Of a DNA stretch of 64,000 nt, positions 39,001-50,523 are shown one piece after another (the stretch's first letter is position 1; the number at the start of each line of letters is the position of its first letter). The notes beneath the pieces are model-generated. The model worked only from the letters and a program-made list of their open reading frames with translations. It was not told the DNA's origin and ran no database searches. This DNA comes from Macrostomum hystrix (taxonomy: Eukaryota > Animalia > Platyhelminthes), in the NCBI GenBank assembly GCA_950097015.1, contig CATNEN010000038.1, positions 21,080,001 through 21,144,000 of the forward strand. The letters run 5' to 3'. The translations under genes were made by a program, and so were the position numbers.

Positions 39001-41847
39001 TGTCTGAACTACAGACAATAGAACCAGGATGGAGGTGTCTGAACTACAGACAATAGAACCAGGATGGAGGTGTCTGAACTACAGACAATAGAACCAGGAT
39101 GGAGGTGTCTGAACTGCAGACAATAGAACCAGGATGGAGGTGTCTGAACTACAGACAATAGAACCAGGATGGAGGTGTCTGAACTACAGACAATATAACC
39201 AGGATGGAGGTGTCTGAACTACAGACAATATAACCAGGATGGAGGTGTCTGAACTGCAGACAATAGAACCAGGATGGAGGTGTCTGAACTGCAGACAATA
39301 GAACCAGGATGGAGGTGTCTGAACTACAGACAATAGAACCAGGATGGAGATGTCTGAACTACAGACAATATAACCAGGATGGAGGTGTCTGAACTGCAGA
39401 CAATAGAACCAGGATGGAGGTGTCTGAACTGCAGACAATAGAACCAGGATGGAGGTTTCTGAACTGCAGACAATAGAACCAGGATGGAGGTGTCTGAACT
39501 GCAGACAATAGAACCAGGATGGAGGTGTCTGAACTGCAGACAATAGAACCAGGATGGAGATGTCTCAACTGCAGACAATAGAACCAGGATGGAGGTGTCT
39601 GAACTACAGACAATAGAACCAGGATGGAGGTGTCTGAACTGCAGACAATAGAACCAGGATGGAGGTGTCTGAACTACAGACAATAGAACCAGGATGGAGG
39701 TGTCTGAACTGCAGACAATAGAACCAGGATGGAGGTGTCTGAACTACAGACAATAGAACCAGGATGGAGGTGTCTCAACTGCAGACAATAGAACCAGGAT
39801 GGAGGTGTCTGAACTGCAGACAATAGAACCAGGATGGAGGTGTCTGAACTGCAGACAATAGAACCAGGATGGAGATGTCTCAACTGCAGACAATAGAACC
39901 AGGATGGAGATGTCTGAACTACAGACAATATAACCAGGATGGAGGTGTCTGAACTGCAGACAATAGAACCAGGATGGAGGTGTCTGAACTGCAGACAATA
40001 GAACCAGGATGGAGGTGTCTGAACTGCAGACAATAGAACCAGGATGGAGATGTCTGAACTACAGACAATATAACCAGGATGGAGGTGTCTGAACTACAGA
40101 CAATATAACCAGGATGGAGGTGTCTGAACTGCAGACAATAGAACCAGGATGGAGGTGTCTGAATTGCAGACAATAGAACCAGGATGGAGGTGTCTGAACT
40201 GCAGACAATAGAACCAGGATGGAGGTGTCTGAACTACAGACAATAGAACCAGGATGGAGGTGTCTGAACTGCAGACAATAGAACCAGGATGGAGGTGTCT
40301 GAACTACAGACAATAGAACCAGGATGGAGGTGTCTCAACTGCAGACAATAGAACCAGGATGGAGGTGTCTGAACTGCAGACAATATAACCAGGATGGAGG
40401 TGTCTGAACTGCAGACAATAGAACCAGGATGGAGGTGTCTGAACTGCAGACAATAGAACCAGGATGGAGGTGTCTGAACTGCAGACAATAGAACCAGGAT
40501 GGAGATGTCTGAACTACAGACAATATAACCAGGATGGAGGTGTCTGAACTACAGACAATATAACCAGGATGGAGGTGTCTGAACTGCAGACAATAGAACC
40601 AGGATGGAGGTGTCTGAATTGCAGACAATAGAACCAGGATGGAGGTGTCTGAACTACAGACAATAGAACCAGGATGGAGATGTCTGAACTACAGACAATA
40701 GAACCAGGATGGAGGTGTCTGAACTACAGACAATAGAACCAGGATGAAGATGTCTGAACTACAGACAATATAACCAGGATGGAGGTGTCTGAACTACAGA
40801 CAATATAACCAGGATGGAGGTGTCTGAACTGCAGACAATAGAACCAGGATGGAGGTGTCTGAATTGCAGACAATAGAACCAGGATGGAAGTGTCTGAACT
40901 GCAGACAATAGAACCAGGATGGAGGTGTCTGAACTACAGACAATAGAACCAGGATGGAGGTGTCTCAACTGCAGACAATAGAACCAGGATGGAGGTGTCT
41001 GAACTGCAGACAATAGAACCAGGATGGAGGTGTCTGAACTACAGACAATAGAACCAGGATGGAGGTGTCTGAACTGCAGACAATAGAACCAGGATGGAGG
41101 TGTCTGAACTACAGACAATAGAACCAGGATGGAGGTGTCTCAACTGCAGACAATAGAACCAGGATGGAGGTGTCTGAACTGCAGACAATATAACCAGGAT
41201 GGAGGTGTCTGAACTGCAGACAATAGAACCAGGATGGAGGTGTCTGAACTACAGACAATAGAACCAGGATGGAGGTGTCTGAACTACAGACAATAGAACC
41301 AGGATGGAGGTGTCTGAACTACAGACAATAGAACCAGGATGGAGGTGTCTGAACTGCAGACAATAGAACCAGGATGGAGGTGTCTGAACTACAGACAATA
41401 GAACCAGGGTGGTGGTGTCTGAACTACAGACAATAGAACCAGGGTGGAGGTGTCTGAACTGCAGACAATAGAACCAGGATGGAGGTGTCTGAACTGCAGA
41501 CAATAGAACCAGGGTGGTGGTGTCTGAACTACAGACAATAGAACCAGGATGGAGGTGTCTGAACTGCAGACTGCATGAGTACCAGCACTAAATAGTCTCA
41601 CCCGTGGCACATAGAATCTTGAGTCATTCAGCAAGTGCTGCAACAAGCACACGGGCCGCTGGTCCCGTTGCAGCAGGGCTTCAACCTCAGAGGACTCCTG
41701 TACAAGGGCAGTGTAAGCTGCTGACAGCTGTCGGGTGTTACGGTGTGACACGATCTGGGGAGGAACCGGAAGCCAGTTCACTGGGTTCCCGTCCACACAA
41801 TGGACGCTGCTATTGAATAGCTTGGCATTAGCCAAATTTTCTTGCAT
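30086..41847 (-). CDS. Diverged phospholipid scramblase family protein (exons 41847-41602, 31266-30841, 30337-30086; ~307 aa)
   Basis: Phase-0 junctions CGG|gtgaga..acag|GTT and CAG|gttagc..tcag|ATC. NWLPVPP, WRVRREYCIKTVDKEATLYNVVEES, IEVVQPG..VGQVRSAW and C-terminal DMTAKDRLLVLCGLI align with the canonical scramblase at 53038-56734. Confidence 0.7.
30625..30689 (-). mobile_element. SINE family B tRNA-like head fragment
   Basis: Reverse complement GGGGGCGTAGTGGCAGAGTGGTCTAACTCGTTTGCACACCAAGATCCCTGAACTCGATTTC resembles 47079-47142. Confidence 0.6.
31917..41571. repeat. 9.65-kb satellite of a 35-bp unit (AGAACCAGGATGGAGGTGTCTGAACTGCAGACAAT), ~276 copies
   Basis: Head-to-tail units with no spacers and a few recurrent SNP variants; fills intron 1 of the diverged scramblase. 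Confidence 0.98.
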
Positions 41848-42242
41848 GTTTTAATCCGAAAAAGCCGAATGAATTACGAGCAAGCACTAGTTGATTTTAT
41901 CCTTCAAATTGAACAGCTGCGTTAAACTGATAAAACTTGTCTATGGCCTCAATATGGATTAATTTTCCCCGAAGTTAAGTGCCAGAAATCATCAATATAT
42001 ATTTATGTAGCACTTTTTTGTGAAAAAATAACTGCATGTGCCAAAAAGCATTATTCTATCACGCAGGCAATTCGTGAATCGAGAAATGACATGCACTTTA
42101 AAAAACTTTTTCGACGGGACCATTTTCGTTTCTTTCTACTAAAAGTACATTCGCTCTAGACTAAATTATACAAAAAATCGGCAAAAAGTATAGTTCTTCT
42201 ATTTATTGCTTTCTACATTACTAAACTGCTCATTTGCCTCAC

Positions 42243-42675
42243 TCCTCTGATCCCTCAGTGCTCATCCGCCCCTCTCCTCTGATCCCTCAGTGCTCATCCG
42301 CCCCTCTCCTCTGATCCCTCAGTGCTCATCCGCCCCTCTCCTCTGATTCCTCAGTGCTCATCCGCCCCTCTCCTCTGATTCCTCAGTGCTCATCCGCCCC
42401 TCTCCTCTGATTCCTCAGTGCTCATCCGCCCCTCTCCTCTGATTCCTCAGTGCTCATCCGCCCCTCTCCTCTGATTCCTCAGTGCTCATCCGCCCCTCTC
42501 CTCTGATTCTTCAGTGCTCATCCGCCCCTCTCCTCTGATTCCTCAGTGCTCATCCGCCCCTATCCTCTGATTCCTCAGTGCTCATCCGCCCCTCTCCTCT
42601 GATTCTTCAGTGCTCATCCGCCCCTATCCTCTGATTCCTCAGTGCTCATCCGCCCCTCTCCTCTGATTTCTCAGT
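42243..42675. repeat. 32-bp minisatellite TCCTCTGATTCCTCAGTGCTCATCCGCCCCTC, ~13.5 copies
   Basis: Seen directly, between divergently transcribed genes. Confidence 0.95.
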
Positions 42676-42814
42676 TATAATTTAGCCGTATTCAATTTTC
42701 TTTATACAAATTTCATGCAAAAGTTATAATAAAAAAACTGACAACCCTACTATAAGTAGCGGTGCGGTATAGATAAAACTAGGCGAGCAAAAGTTCATAA
42801 ATAATCTGTAGGTG

Positions 42815-42822
42815 TATAAATA
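42815..42822 (+). promoter_or_regulatory. Candidate TATA box of the double-CAP gene
   Basis: TATAAATA 40 and 100 bp upstream of in-frame ATGs at 42855 and 42915. Confidence 0.4.
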
Positions 42823-42914
42823 TAGGCTTCGACGCTAAAATCGTGTCTCGCTGCATGCAACCGAACCCAAGTTCTGTTAACTCGCAATACGAGGTCAATA
42901 ATCATTGGCAAGCA

Positions 42915-45900
42915 ATGTCCAAAGCCGACGACATCAAAGCGTTCCGACTGGCGGCACTGAAACTCGTCAACTTCAAACGCGCCCAGCACGCCGCCCAACC
43001 GTTGAAATCATCGAACAAGCTCGACAACTCGGCGCAGCTGTGGGCGGAGGCTCTGGCTGGCAAAGCCAAACTGGAGAACAGTGCCGAGGCATTAAGCGGC
43101 ACCTACGGCGAGAGCATCAGCGCCCGGAGCGCCCAGGTGGATAAGGTGGACATTTCCGGTGAGATGTCTGTGGACTCTTTTTAGATTGCCTTCTGCTTTT
43201 CGTTTCTGTTGTCTATACGATGCACTTTTACTTTCACTGTCTACTCTGCAATCAACCTTCATTGTCTACTCTGCAATCAACCTTCATTGTCTACTCTGCA
43301 ATCTACCTTCATTGTCTACTCTGCAATCTACCTTCATTGTCTACTCTGCAATCAACCTTCATTGTCTACTCTGCAATCTACCTTCATTGTCTACTCTGCA
43401 ATCAACCTTCACTGTCTACTCTGCAATCAACCTTCATTGTCTACTCTGCAATCTACCTTCATTGTCTACTCTGCAATCTACCTTTATTGTCTACTCTGCA
43501 ATCAACCTTCATTGTCTACTCTGCAATCTACCTTCACTGTCTACTCTGCAATCTACCTTCATTGTCTACTCTGCAATCAACCTTCACTGTCTACTCTGAA
43601 ATCAACCTTCCTTGTCTACTCTGCAATCAACCTTCACTGTCTACTCTGCAATCAACCTTCATTGTCTACTCTGCAATCAACCTTCACTGTCTACTCTGCA
43701 ATCAACCTTCATTGTCTACTCTGCAATCTACCTTCACTGTCTACTCTGCAATCAACCTTCACTGTCTACTCTGCAATCAACCTTCACTGTCTACTCTGCA
43801 ATCAACCTTCATTGTCTACTCTGCAATCTACCTTCACTGTCTACTCTGCAATCTACCTTCACTGTCTACTCTGCAATCTACCTTCATTGTCTACTCTGCA
43901 ATCTACCTTCATTGTCTACTCTGCAATCTACCTTTATTGTCTACTCTGCAATCAACCTTCATTGTCTACTCTGCAATCTACCTTCACTGTCTACTCTGCA
44001 ATCAACCTTCATTGTCTACTCTGCAATCAACCTTCACTGTCTACTCTGCAATCTACCTTCATTGTCTACTCTGCAATCTACCTTCACTGTCTACTCTGCA
44101 ATCTACCTTTACTGTCTACTCTGAAATCTACCTTCATTGCCTAATAGACGGAAAAAACTTTTTTAAGCAAAACTTTGTGAAAAAAAATAATTTTTTTTTC
44201 TCACTGGCTTTTCTAAACCTGATTGATTTCGACGCCAAAAACTGCGCAATTTTTTCCTAAGAAACGCGGCGCACGATAAATTTTACCTGTTGATCTTAGC
44301 ACTAGATGCAACAACAGGCAATTGTTACAGGTTGCTAATTTATTGTAAATGCGCAGAAATTTTTAATTGAGGCGCCAATTTAAATGCCAGCAAAGACAAG
44401 TAAACAATGAATGTTCACACCGAAGCTATAGGTAATTCTTGTGGATGTTCAATGCAATGCTGAAATCTTACTTGTAAAATGAAAATAGCAGTGAGAAGAG
44501 AGGCGAAAGAATAACGAAGAGAGAAGCCTGAACAGAAAAAAGGGAGAAGACAGAAGAGGAAAGAAACAAGACAAGAGAGAGAAGGGAGGAGAGAGAAGAG
44601 ACGAGAGAGAAGAGATGAGAGACAAGGGAGGAGAGAGAAGGGAGGAGAGAGAAGAGACGAGTGAGAAGAGAGGAGAGACAAGGGAGGAGAGAGAAGGGAG
44701 GAGAGAGAAGAGACGAGTGAGAAGAGAGGAGAGACAAGGGAGGAGAGAGAAGGGAGGAGAGAGAAGAGACGAGAGAGAAGAGAGGAGAGACAAGGGAGGA
44801 GAGAAGGGAGGAGAGAGAAGAGACGAGAGAGAAGAGAGGAGAGAGAAGAGACAAGAGAGAAGAGACGAGAGACAAGGGAGGAGAGAGAAGGGAGGAGAGA
44901 GAAGGGAGGAGAGGAGAGACGAGAGAGAATAGGGGAGAGAGAAGGGAGGAGAGAGAAGAGACGAGAGAGAAGAGACGAGAGAGAAGGGACGAGAGAGAAG
45001 AGGGAAGAGACGAGAGAGAATAGGGCAGAGAGAAGGGAGAAGAGAGAAGGGAGGAGAGAGAACGGAGGAGAGAGAAGGGAGGAGAGGAGAGAGAAGGGAG
45101 GAGAGGAGAGACGAGAGAGAAGAGAGGAGAGACGAGAGAGAAGTGAGGAGAGACGAGAGAGAAGAGGGGAGAGACGAGAGAGAATAGGGGAGAGACGAGA
45201 GAGAATAGGGGAGAGACGAGAGAGAATAGGGGGAGAGAGAAGGGAGGAGAGGAGATATCGTTAGCATTTGTATTGTCAATTTTTTCTAGCTAATGCATAG
45301 TTTTATGAATTAGCATTACTGCTAAGCTAGCGCCTAAGGCTGTGTAGAAGGCTTATAAACCATATCTTATCTTCAGGAATTCCTTCGAATGCTCAGAGAA
45401 AAGTTGACAGTGAGAGATATAGCCTGAGCAGGGTTTGTGTGTGCTAAACCATAAATGCCCAGCTCATTTAGGCTGATAAGTAAACATTTTTCTGGAACGA
45501 AAGCGCACAAACTTTGTATGTATGCGCAAATCAATGTTACATTTATTTCGATAAAAAATTTGCCTTATCTCAGAAAACTTCTAGTCGCTTTTGGAAAAAA
45601 TATTTCCTTTAAAGCGAGGACACTAACCTACACAATGAGTAGCTTATAATTGAATGCGCAAAGCAGATTAATGAACTGTTTACAATTGGACCTCTGCAAA
45701 TAACACTTGGGGTCAGCTGGATACAGAACTCGATTTTACCGCTTCTAGAAAATTATTCGAGAAAAGCAAAAACTTGAAAACGTGTTAGATATGCTGTGAA
45801 ATGGTTAGATATTCTGCGAAACTTTTAGATATGCAATGAAACTGTTAGAAACAGCTAAATACAAAATATCAGCTTGTTAGATACACAATCGAAGTGTTAG

Positions 45901-48900
45901 ATACTGAATCGAGGTGTTAGATACTGAATCGAGGTGTTAGATATAGAATCGAGGTGTTAGATATAGAGTCGAGGTGTTAGATACAGAATCGAAGTGTTAG
46001 ATACAGAATCGAGGTGTTAGATACAAAATCGAGGTGTTAGATACTGAATCGAGGTGTTAGATACGGAATCAAGGTGTTAGATACGGAATCGAGGTGATAG
46101 ATACGGAATCGAAGTTAGATACAGAATCGAGGTGTTAGATACAGAATCGAGGTGTTAGATACAGAATCGAAGTGTTAGATACTGAATCGAGGTGTTAGAT
46201 ATAGAATCGAGGTGTTAGATACAGAATCGAAGTGTTAGATACAGAATCGAAGTGTTAGATACTGAATCGAAGTGGTAGATACTGAATCGAAGTGTTAGAT
46301 ACAGAATCGAGGTGTTAGATACTGAATCGAAGTGTTAGATACTGAATCGAAGTGTTAGATACAGAATCGAGGTGTTAGATACTGAATCGAGGTGTTAGAT
46401 ATAGAATCGAGGTGTTAGATACAGAATCGAGGTGTTAGATACGGAATCGAGGTGTTAGATACAGAATCGAGGTGTTAGATACAGAATCGAAGTGTTAGAT
46501 ACAGAATCGAGATGCATAATCAATTTACCCATTTGTACAGCTGACGATGTGATCAACCAATGGTACGCCGAGAAGGCGCACTTTGATTTCAAGGACAGCT
46601 CCAGCAGAGGCAACAATTTCACCCAGATGATCTGGCTGGACAGCTTGAAGGTTGGCTTCGGCAAGGCCCACACTAAGGGCAGGGTAATTGTTGTGGCTCA
46701 CTATTCACCGCCTGGCAACTTTCGCGGCCAGTACACCACGAAGGTGAAGCAATGGGGGACTGACCTGAGCGAGCCCTCGGCCGTGTTGGCTGGCGAACTG
46801 GCCGGATTTCGAGTGACCAAGCGCGAGGTGCTGCGCGACGAGGAGGTCATTGCTGGCCGGCCAATGATTGTCGAACGAGAGCGAACGGAGTACGAGGACT
46901 CAAAGGGGAATGTGAGCACAAGTTGCATTATCTATTAACCTGTGCTTATAACGTATAGGCAGCTGTGTACGGCTGTTCAGTCCATGGACTATATTTATAC
47001 CTAAGTGAAAGGATTGGCGATTAAGTGTCGTGCTAACGGAAAATCAGAAAAAAAAATAAATTGATTACACCTGCCCCAGGGGGTGAGTGCCAGAGCGGTT
47101 AACGCGTTTGCCTCTCGCACCAAGGTCCCTAAGCTCGATTCCACAGTGAGGCCACACATTCATTTGGGGCGCAGCCGCGGAGAGAAGGCTTGGGGGCTTG
47201 TCGTGCAATTTACGCCCTTGAGGGCCAACCTCCAAGGCACCGTGAAAGTTTACACTGCCTGACGATGAGAAAGTCGGGGTGGATGTACACACCTGTGTGA
47301 GTGTGTACCTGCGTACGGAATCTGTGTGCGTGTGTGCTCAGGAGTCAGCGAAATGGGCAGAACTGCCTCCTCTCTTGCTGAAGGTCACTAAATGATGTAC
47401 CATTGTCTACAGCCCTCATGCAGTTAATATTTAAATTATAATTACAACTGCCCCTACTGGGAAAACAGCACAGCCGCAGCTATCCCCAAGTCCATGGACG
47501 CAGCTAGGGTGTCCATGGACGCAGCTAGGGTGTCCATGGACGCAGCTAGGGTGTCCATGGACTGGGGGACGCCACACCCACCCTCAATTAATCCAGCTGA
47601 ATATGGTACCCATTTAACAGTTGGGTGAACTAAAGCAATGCAAGCTAAGTAATGAACAATTAACAGTTTTTTAAATCAAGAATCCAACCCCCGACCTTCA
47701 AGTCGTGAGTCCGACGCTCTAACCGCTAGACTGCAACAATTACTACTGTAACAAGCTGGTTGCGGTAGTTAGCTTCAGTATAGACATAGGGAATTTTGTA
47801 TCTGTAATTTAACAACAACGCGACGCCAAAAAATGCCTGCTGTTGCAGACTAAAGAGAAGGTCACGGAGCGTCGCCTGGAGAACCCAAAGTCGGACAGCG
47901 GCAGGAAGGCCGAAGCCACCGACAAGAGTCAGCAGGAAGAGCTCCGTCAGGGCTCCATCGTGCCAATTAAGGCGTGTAACTGTATTTTCTTCTGCCTTCT
48001 AATCACCAACCTTCCTATAACAGACTCCGATTGGCTTGTTACCAATGTTTCCAGGAAAAAGAATTGAGCAAGTTCTCCAAGGAGCTACTCCACCAAGTTA
48101 ATAAGCATCGTTCCAAGCACGGGGTCAAGTCGTTGAAGCTGAGCGCTGACTTGGGCACGCTGGCGCAAACTTTCGCCGAGGAGCTCAGCAGGAAGGTCAA
48201 GCTGCACAGCAGTGATGTCAGGTACAAAGGCGACCGAGTTGGCGAGGCCATCTCCAGCAGGTCGAGCAGCGGAGCAACTGACTACGCATGTAAGAGGCAA
48301 AGCGACTTGCTTGATCTACCAGCAGAGGACACTTTTGCACACCGCCAATCGCCATCATTTGCCTGGCGCTAATTGGTTCTTTACTTCTGGGGCACTCTAC
48401 CACCCACCTCACCCGTGTCTAGGCTCTCATTGGCTCTTTACTTCTGGGGCACTTTACCACCCACCTCACCCGTGTCTAGGCTCTCATTGGCTCTTTACTT
48501 CTGGGGCACTCTAACACCCACCTCACCCGTGTCTAGGCTCTCATTGGTTCTTTACTTCTGGGGCACTCTACCACCCACCTCACCCGTGTCTAGGCTCTCA
48601 TTGGTTCTTTACTTCTGGGGCACTCTACCAACCACCTCACCCGTGTCTAGGCTCTCATTGGCTCTTTACTTCTGGGGCACTTTACCACCCACCTCACCCG
48701 TGTCTAGGCTCTCATTGGCTCTTTACTTCTGGGGCACTCTACCACCCACCTCACCCGTGTCTAGGCTCTCATTGGTTCTTTACTTCTGGGGCACTCTACC
48801 ACCCACCTCACCCGTGTCTAGGCTCTCATTGGTTCTTTACTTCTGGGGCACTCTACCACCCACCTCACCCGTGTCTAGGCTCTCATTGGCTCTTTACTCC

Positions 48901-49701
48901 TGGGGCACTCTACCAACCACCTCACCCGTGTCTAGGCTCTCATTGGCTCTTTACATCTGGGGCACTCTAACACCCACCTCACCCGTGTCTAGGCTCTCAT
49001 TGGTTCTTTACTTCTGGAGCACTCTACCACCCACCTCACCCGTGTTTAGGCTCTCATTGGTTCTTTCTTCGTATTCTAGGCCAATCACCTCAACTTTATC
49101 AAGACTGTAATTGGCTACCTTCCTATTTCATGCCCAAACTAGGCCAACCACCTCACCCTAGCTCTGATTGGTTCGCTAGGCTGAACCAATAGCCTTACTA
49201 GGTTACCTGGCATTTGACACTCATTAACTCTCTTAATTGAACATCATAAAAACAATTTTATATCCGACTAAGCGACATCAATTTTCACCAAACAAATTTT
49301 TTGTTTACCTGTTCAGCCGAGGAAGTCACTGACAAATGGTACAAAGAAATGGAAGAGTATCGCTTCAACGAAGAGCCAACCGATGTTAAAGGCATTGGTC
49401 AGTTCCTCTTTAAATCTACGATTTTTTGTATATATAGAAAGTGCAATGTTATATTCGGATTGTGATTCTAGATTTAATAAACAGCCATGAGTTGTAAGTA
49501 GCCTATTCTAACAGTAGTGCTCAAATACCTCCAGGCAACTTCACCCAGATGGTGTGGAAGAACAGCAAGGAGCTTGGCGTTGGCAAGGCCATCCACCGTG
49601 GCACAGACGGGTCCTATCGGGTTGTGGTCGTAGCCTACTTCTACCCTGCTGGCAATGTCTTGTCCTGCTTCCGCGACAATGTGCTACCGCCAAACAAGTA
49701 A
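42915..49701 (+). CDS. Two-domain CAP/SCP (GLIPR2/GAPR-1-like, group-2 VAL-type) protein (exons 42915-43158, 46541-46911, 47849-47971, 48055-48289, 49317-49397, 49535-49701; ~406 aa)
   Basis: CAP motifs occur twice: VNFKRAQHAAQPL..AQLWAE..YGESI..WYAE..NFTQMIW..VGFG..VVAHYSPPGNF and VNKHRSKHGVKSL..VGEAI..WYKE..GNFTQMVWK..VVAYFYPAGNV..NVLPP. No signal peptide. Alternative in-frame ATG at 42855. Confidence 0.85.
43233..44140. repeat. 25-bp minisatellite TTCATTGTCTACTCTGCAATCAACC, ~36 copies
   Basis: In intron 1 of the double-CAP gene. Confidence 0.95.
44490..45255. repeat. Polypurine GA-rich degenerate repeat (GAGAGAAGGGAG-type)
   Basis: Almost pure A/G on the + strand. Confidence 0.9.
45890..46512. 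repeat. ~19-20-bp minisatellite GTTAGATACAGAATCGAGGT, ~31 copies
   Basis: Ends ~28 nt before the exon 2 acceptor. Confidence 0.95.
47061..47736 (-). mobile_element. SINE family A copy interrupted by a family B insertion
   Basis: TTGATTACACCTGCCCC (47061-47077) continues at 47465 with ACAGCACAGCCGCAGC..GGACGCCACACCCACC..CCGACCTTCAAGTCGTGAGTCCGACGCTCTAACC. Confidence 0.8.
47078..47440 (+). mobile_element. SINE family B, full length, with 14-bp target-site duplication
   Basis: tRNA-like head with degenerate A/B boxes and AT-rich tail; flanked by ATTACACCTGCCCC (47064-47077) and ATTACAACTGCCCC (47441-47454); homologous to 59331-59691. Confidence 0.8.
48373..49066. repeat. 57-bp minisatellite, ~12 copies
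   Basis: Unit TTGGTTCTTTACTTCTGGGGCACTCTACCACCCACCTCACCCGTGTCTAGGCTCTCA, in CAP intron 4. Confidence 0.95.
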
Positions 49702-50523
49702 CAACCCGGATTAGTAAACATACGCGATCATTTTTTAAATCGGTACTAAACGATGCTGACTATTAAAACAAATACACGACCCTGATTAGAGCAATGTGAT
49801 CTGTTTTTTAATATCACTGCGTATACTGTCGCTCAGTAGAATAAATCTGTAAAAAACCTAATACGAGTATTACAGAAATGAAATGCTTACATCAATTTTC
49901 TTATTTCCTACGAATGACAAATCAATAGTGAACTCATAAATAAATTAGCAATAATCTATAATTTCCTATAAACTTTTCATGTTTAAAATTTGATCAGATA
50001 TTTACAAAAAACTGGCTTTGTTCAAGTTGTGCCTGTTTGCATGAGGCATGGGTGAAGCATGGGTGAGCAGCAATAGAAATTTAAGATCACAAAATCGCAA
50101 AGCACTTCTAGGCTATTAGCCATAGAAGTGCACCAACCTCACGCCCCCGACAAAGAAAGCTTGTGATTGGCTAGGCATTTAGCTCTTAAAAGTTATAAAA
50201 TGACGCTATGAGGAAACCTATAGAAATGTCAAAGACGCGAATAAGCCATTCAGTCTGTTATTTTAATGAACAAAAGTAACTTATTTATTTTGGACAATCC
50301 AGTTATAGGCACAGAAGCGCATCTCATAGCTTTGTGCCAGCGGGACAAAATAGGATTTCAACATGAGTTACAATTTGCGTATACAGGAAGAATTATTAGT
50401 CGCAATGGTAAAGCTAACAAATTTTCGTCTTTAACTGACTATAATAAGTTTTGACTTCTCGAATGAATAATAATTTGAACACTACAGAAGGAAAACTTTT
50501 TGATTTTAAATCAAGAAGCAACC

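Noticed and set aside
31917-41571. 35-bp repeats as a CRISPR array, and the ~50 overlapping ORFs in them
   Set aside because: Units are head-to-tail with no unique spacers, there are no cas genes, and the context is a eukaryotic intron; the ORFs are phase-shifted translations of the unit.
47259-47280. CTGACGA..GAAA in SINE family B as a second hammerhead
   Set aside because: No stem II between the boxes, and the core is not conserved in the 59490 copy, where it is a simple hairpin.
43159-49110. Cys/His-rich and other repeat ORFs (43159-44260, 44449-45279, 48373-49110)
   Set aside because: Minisatellite translations inside introns of the CAP gene.
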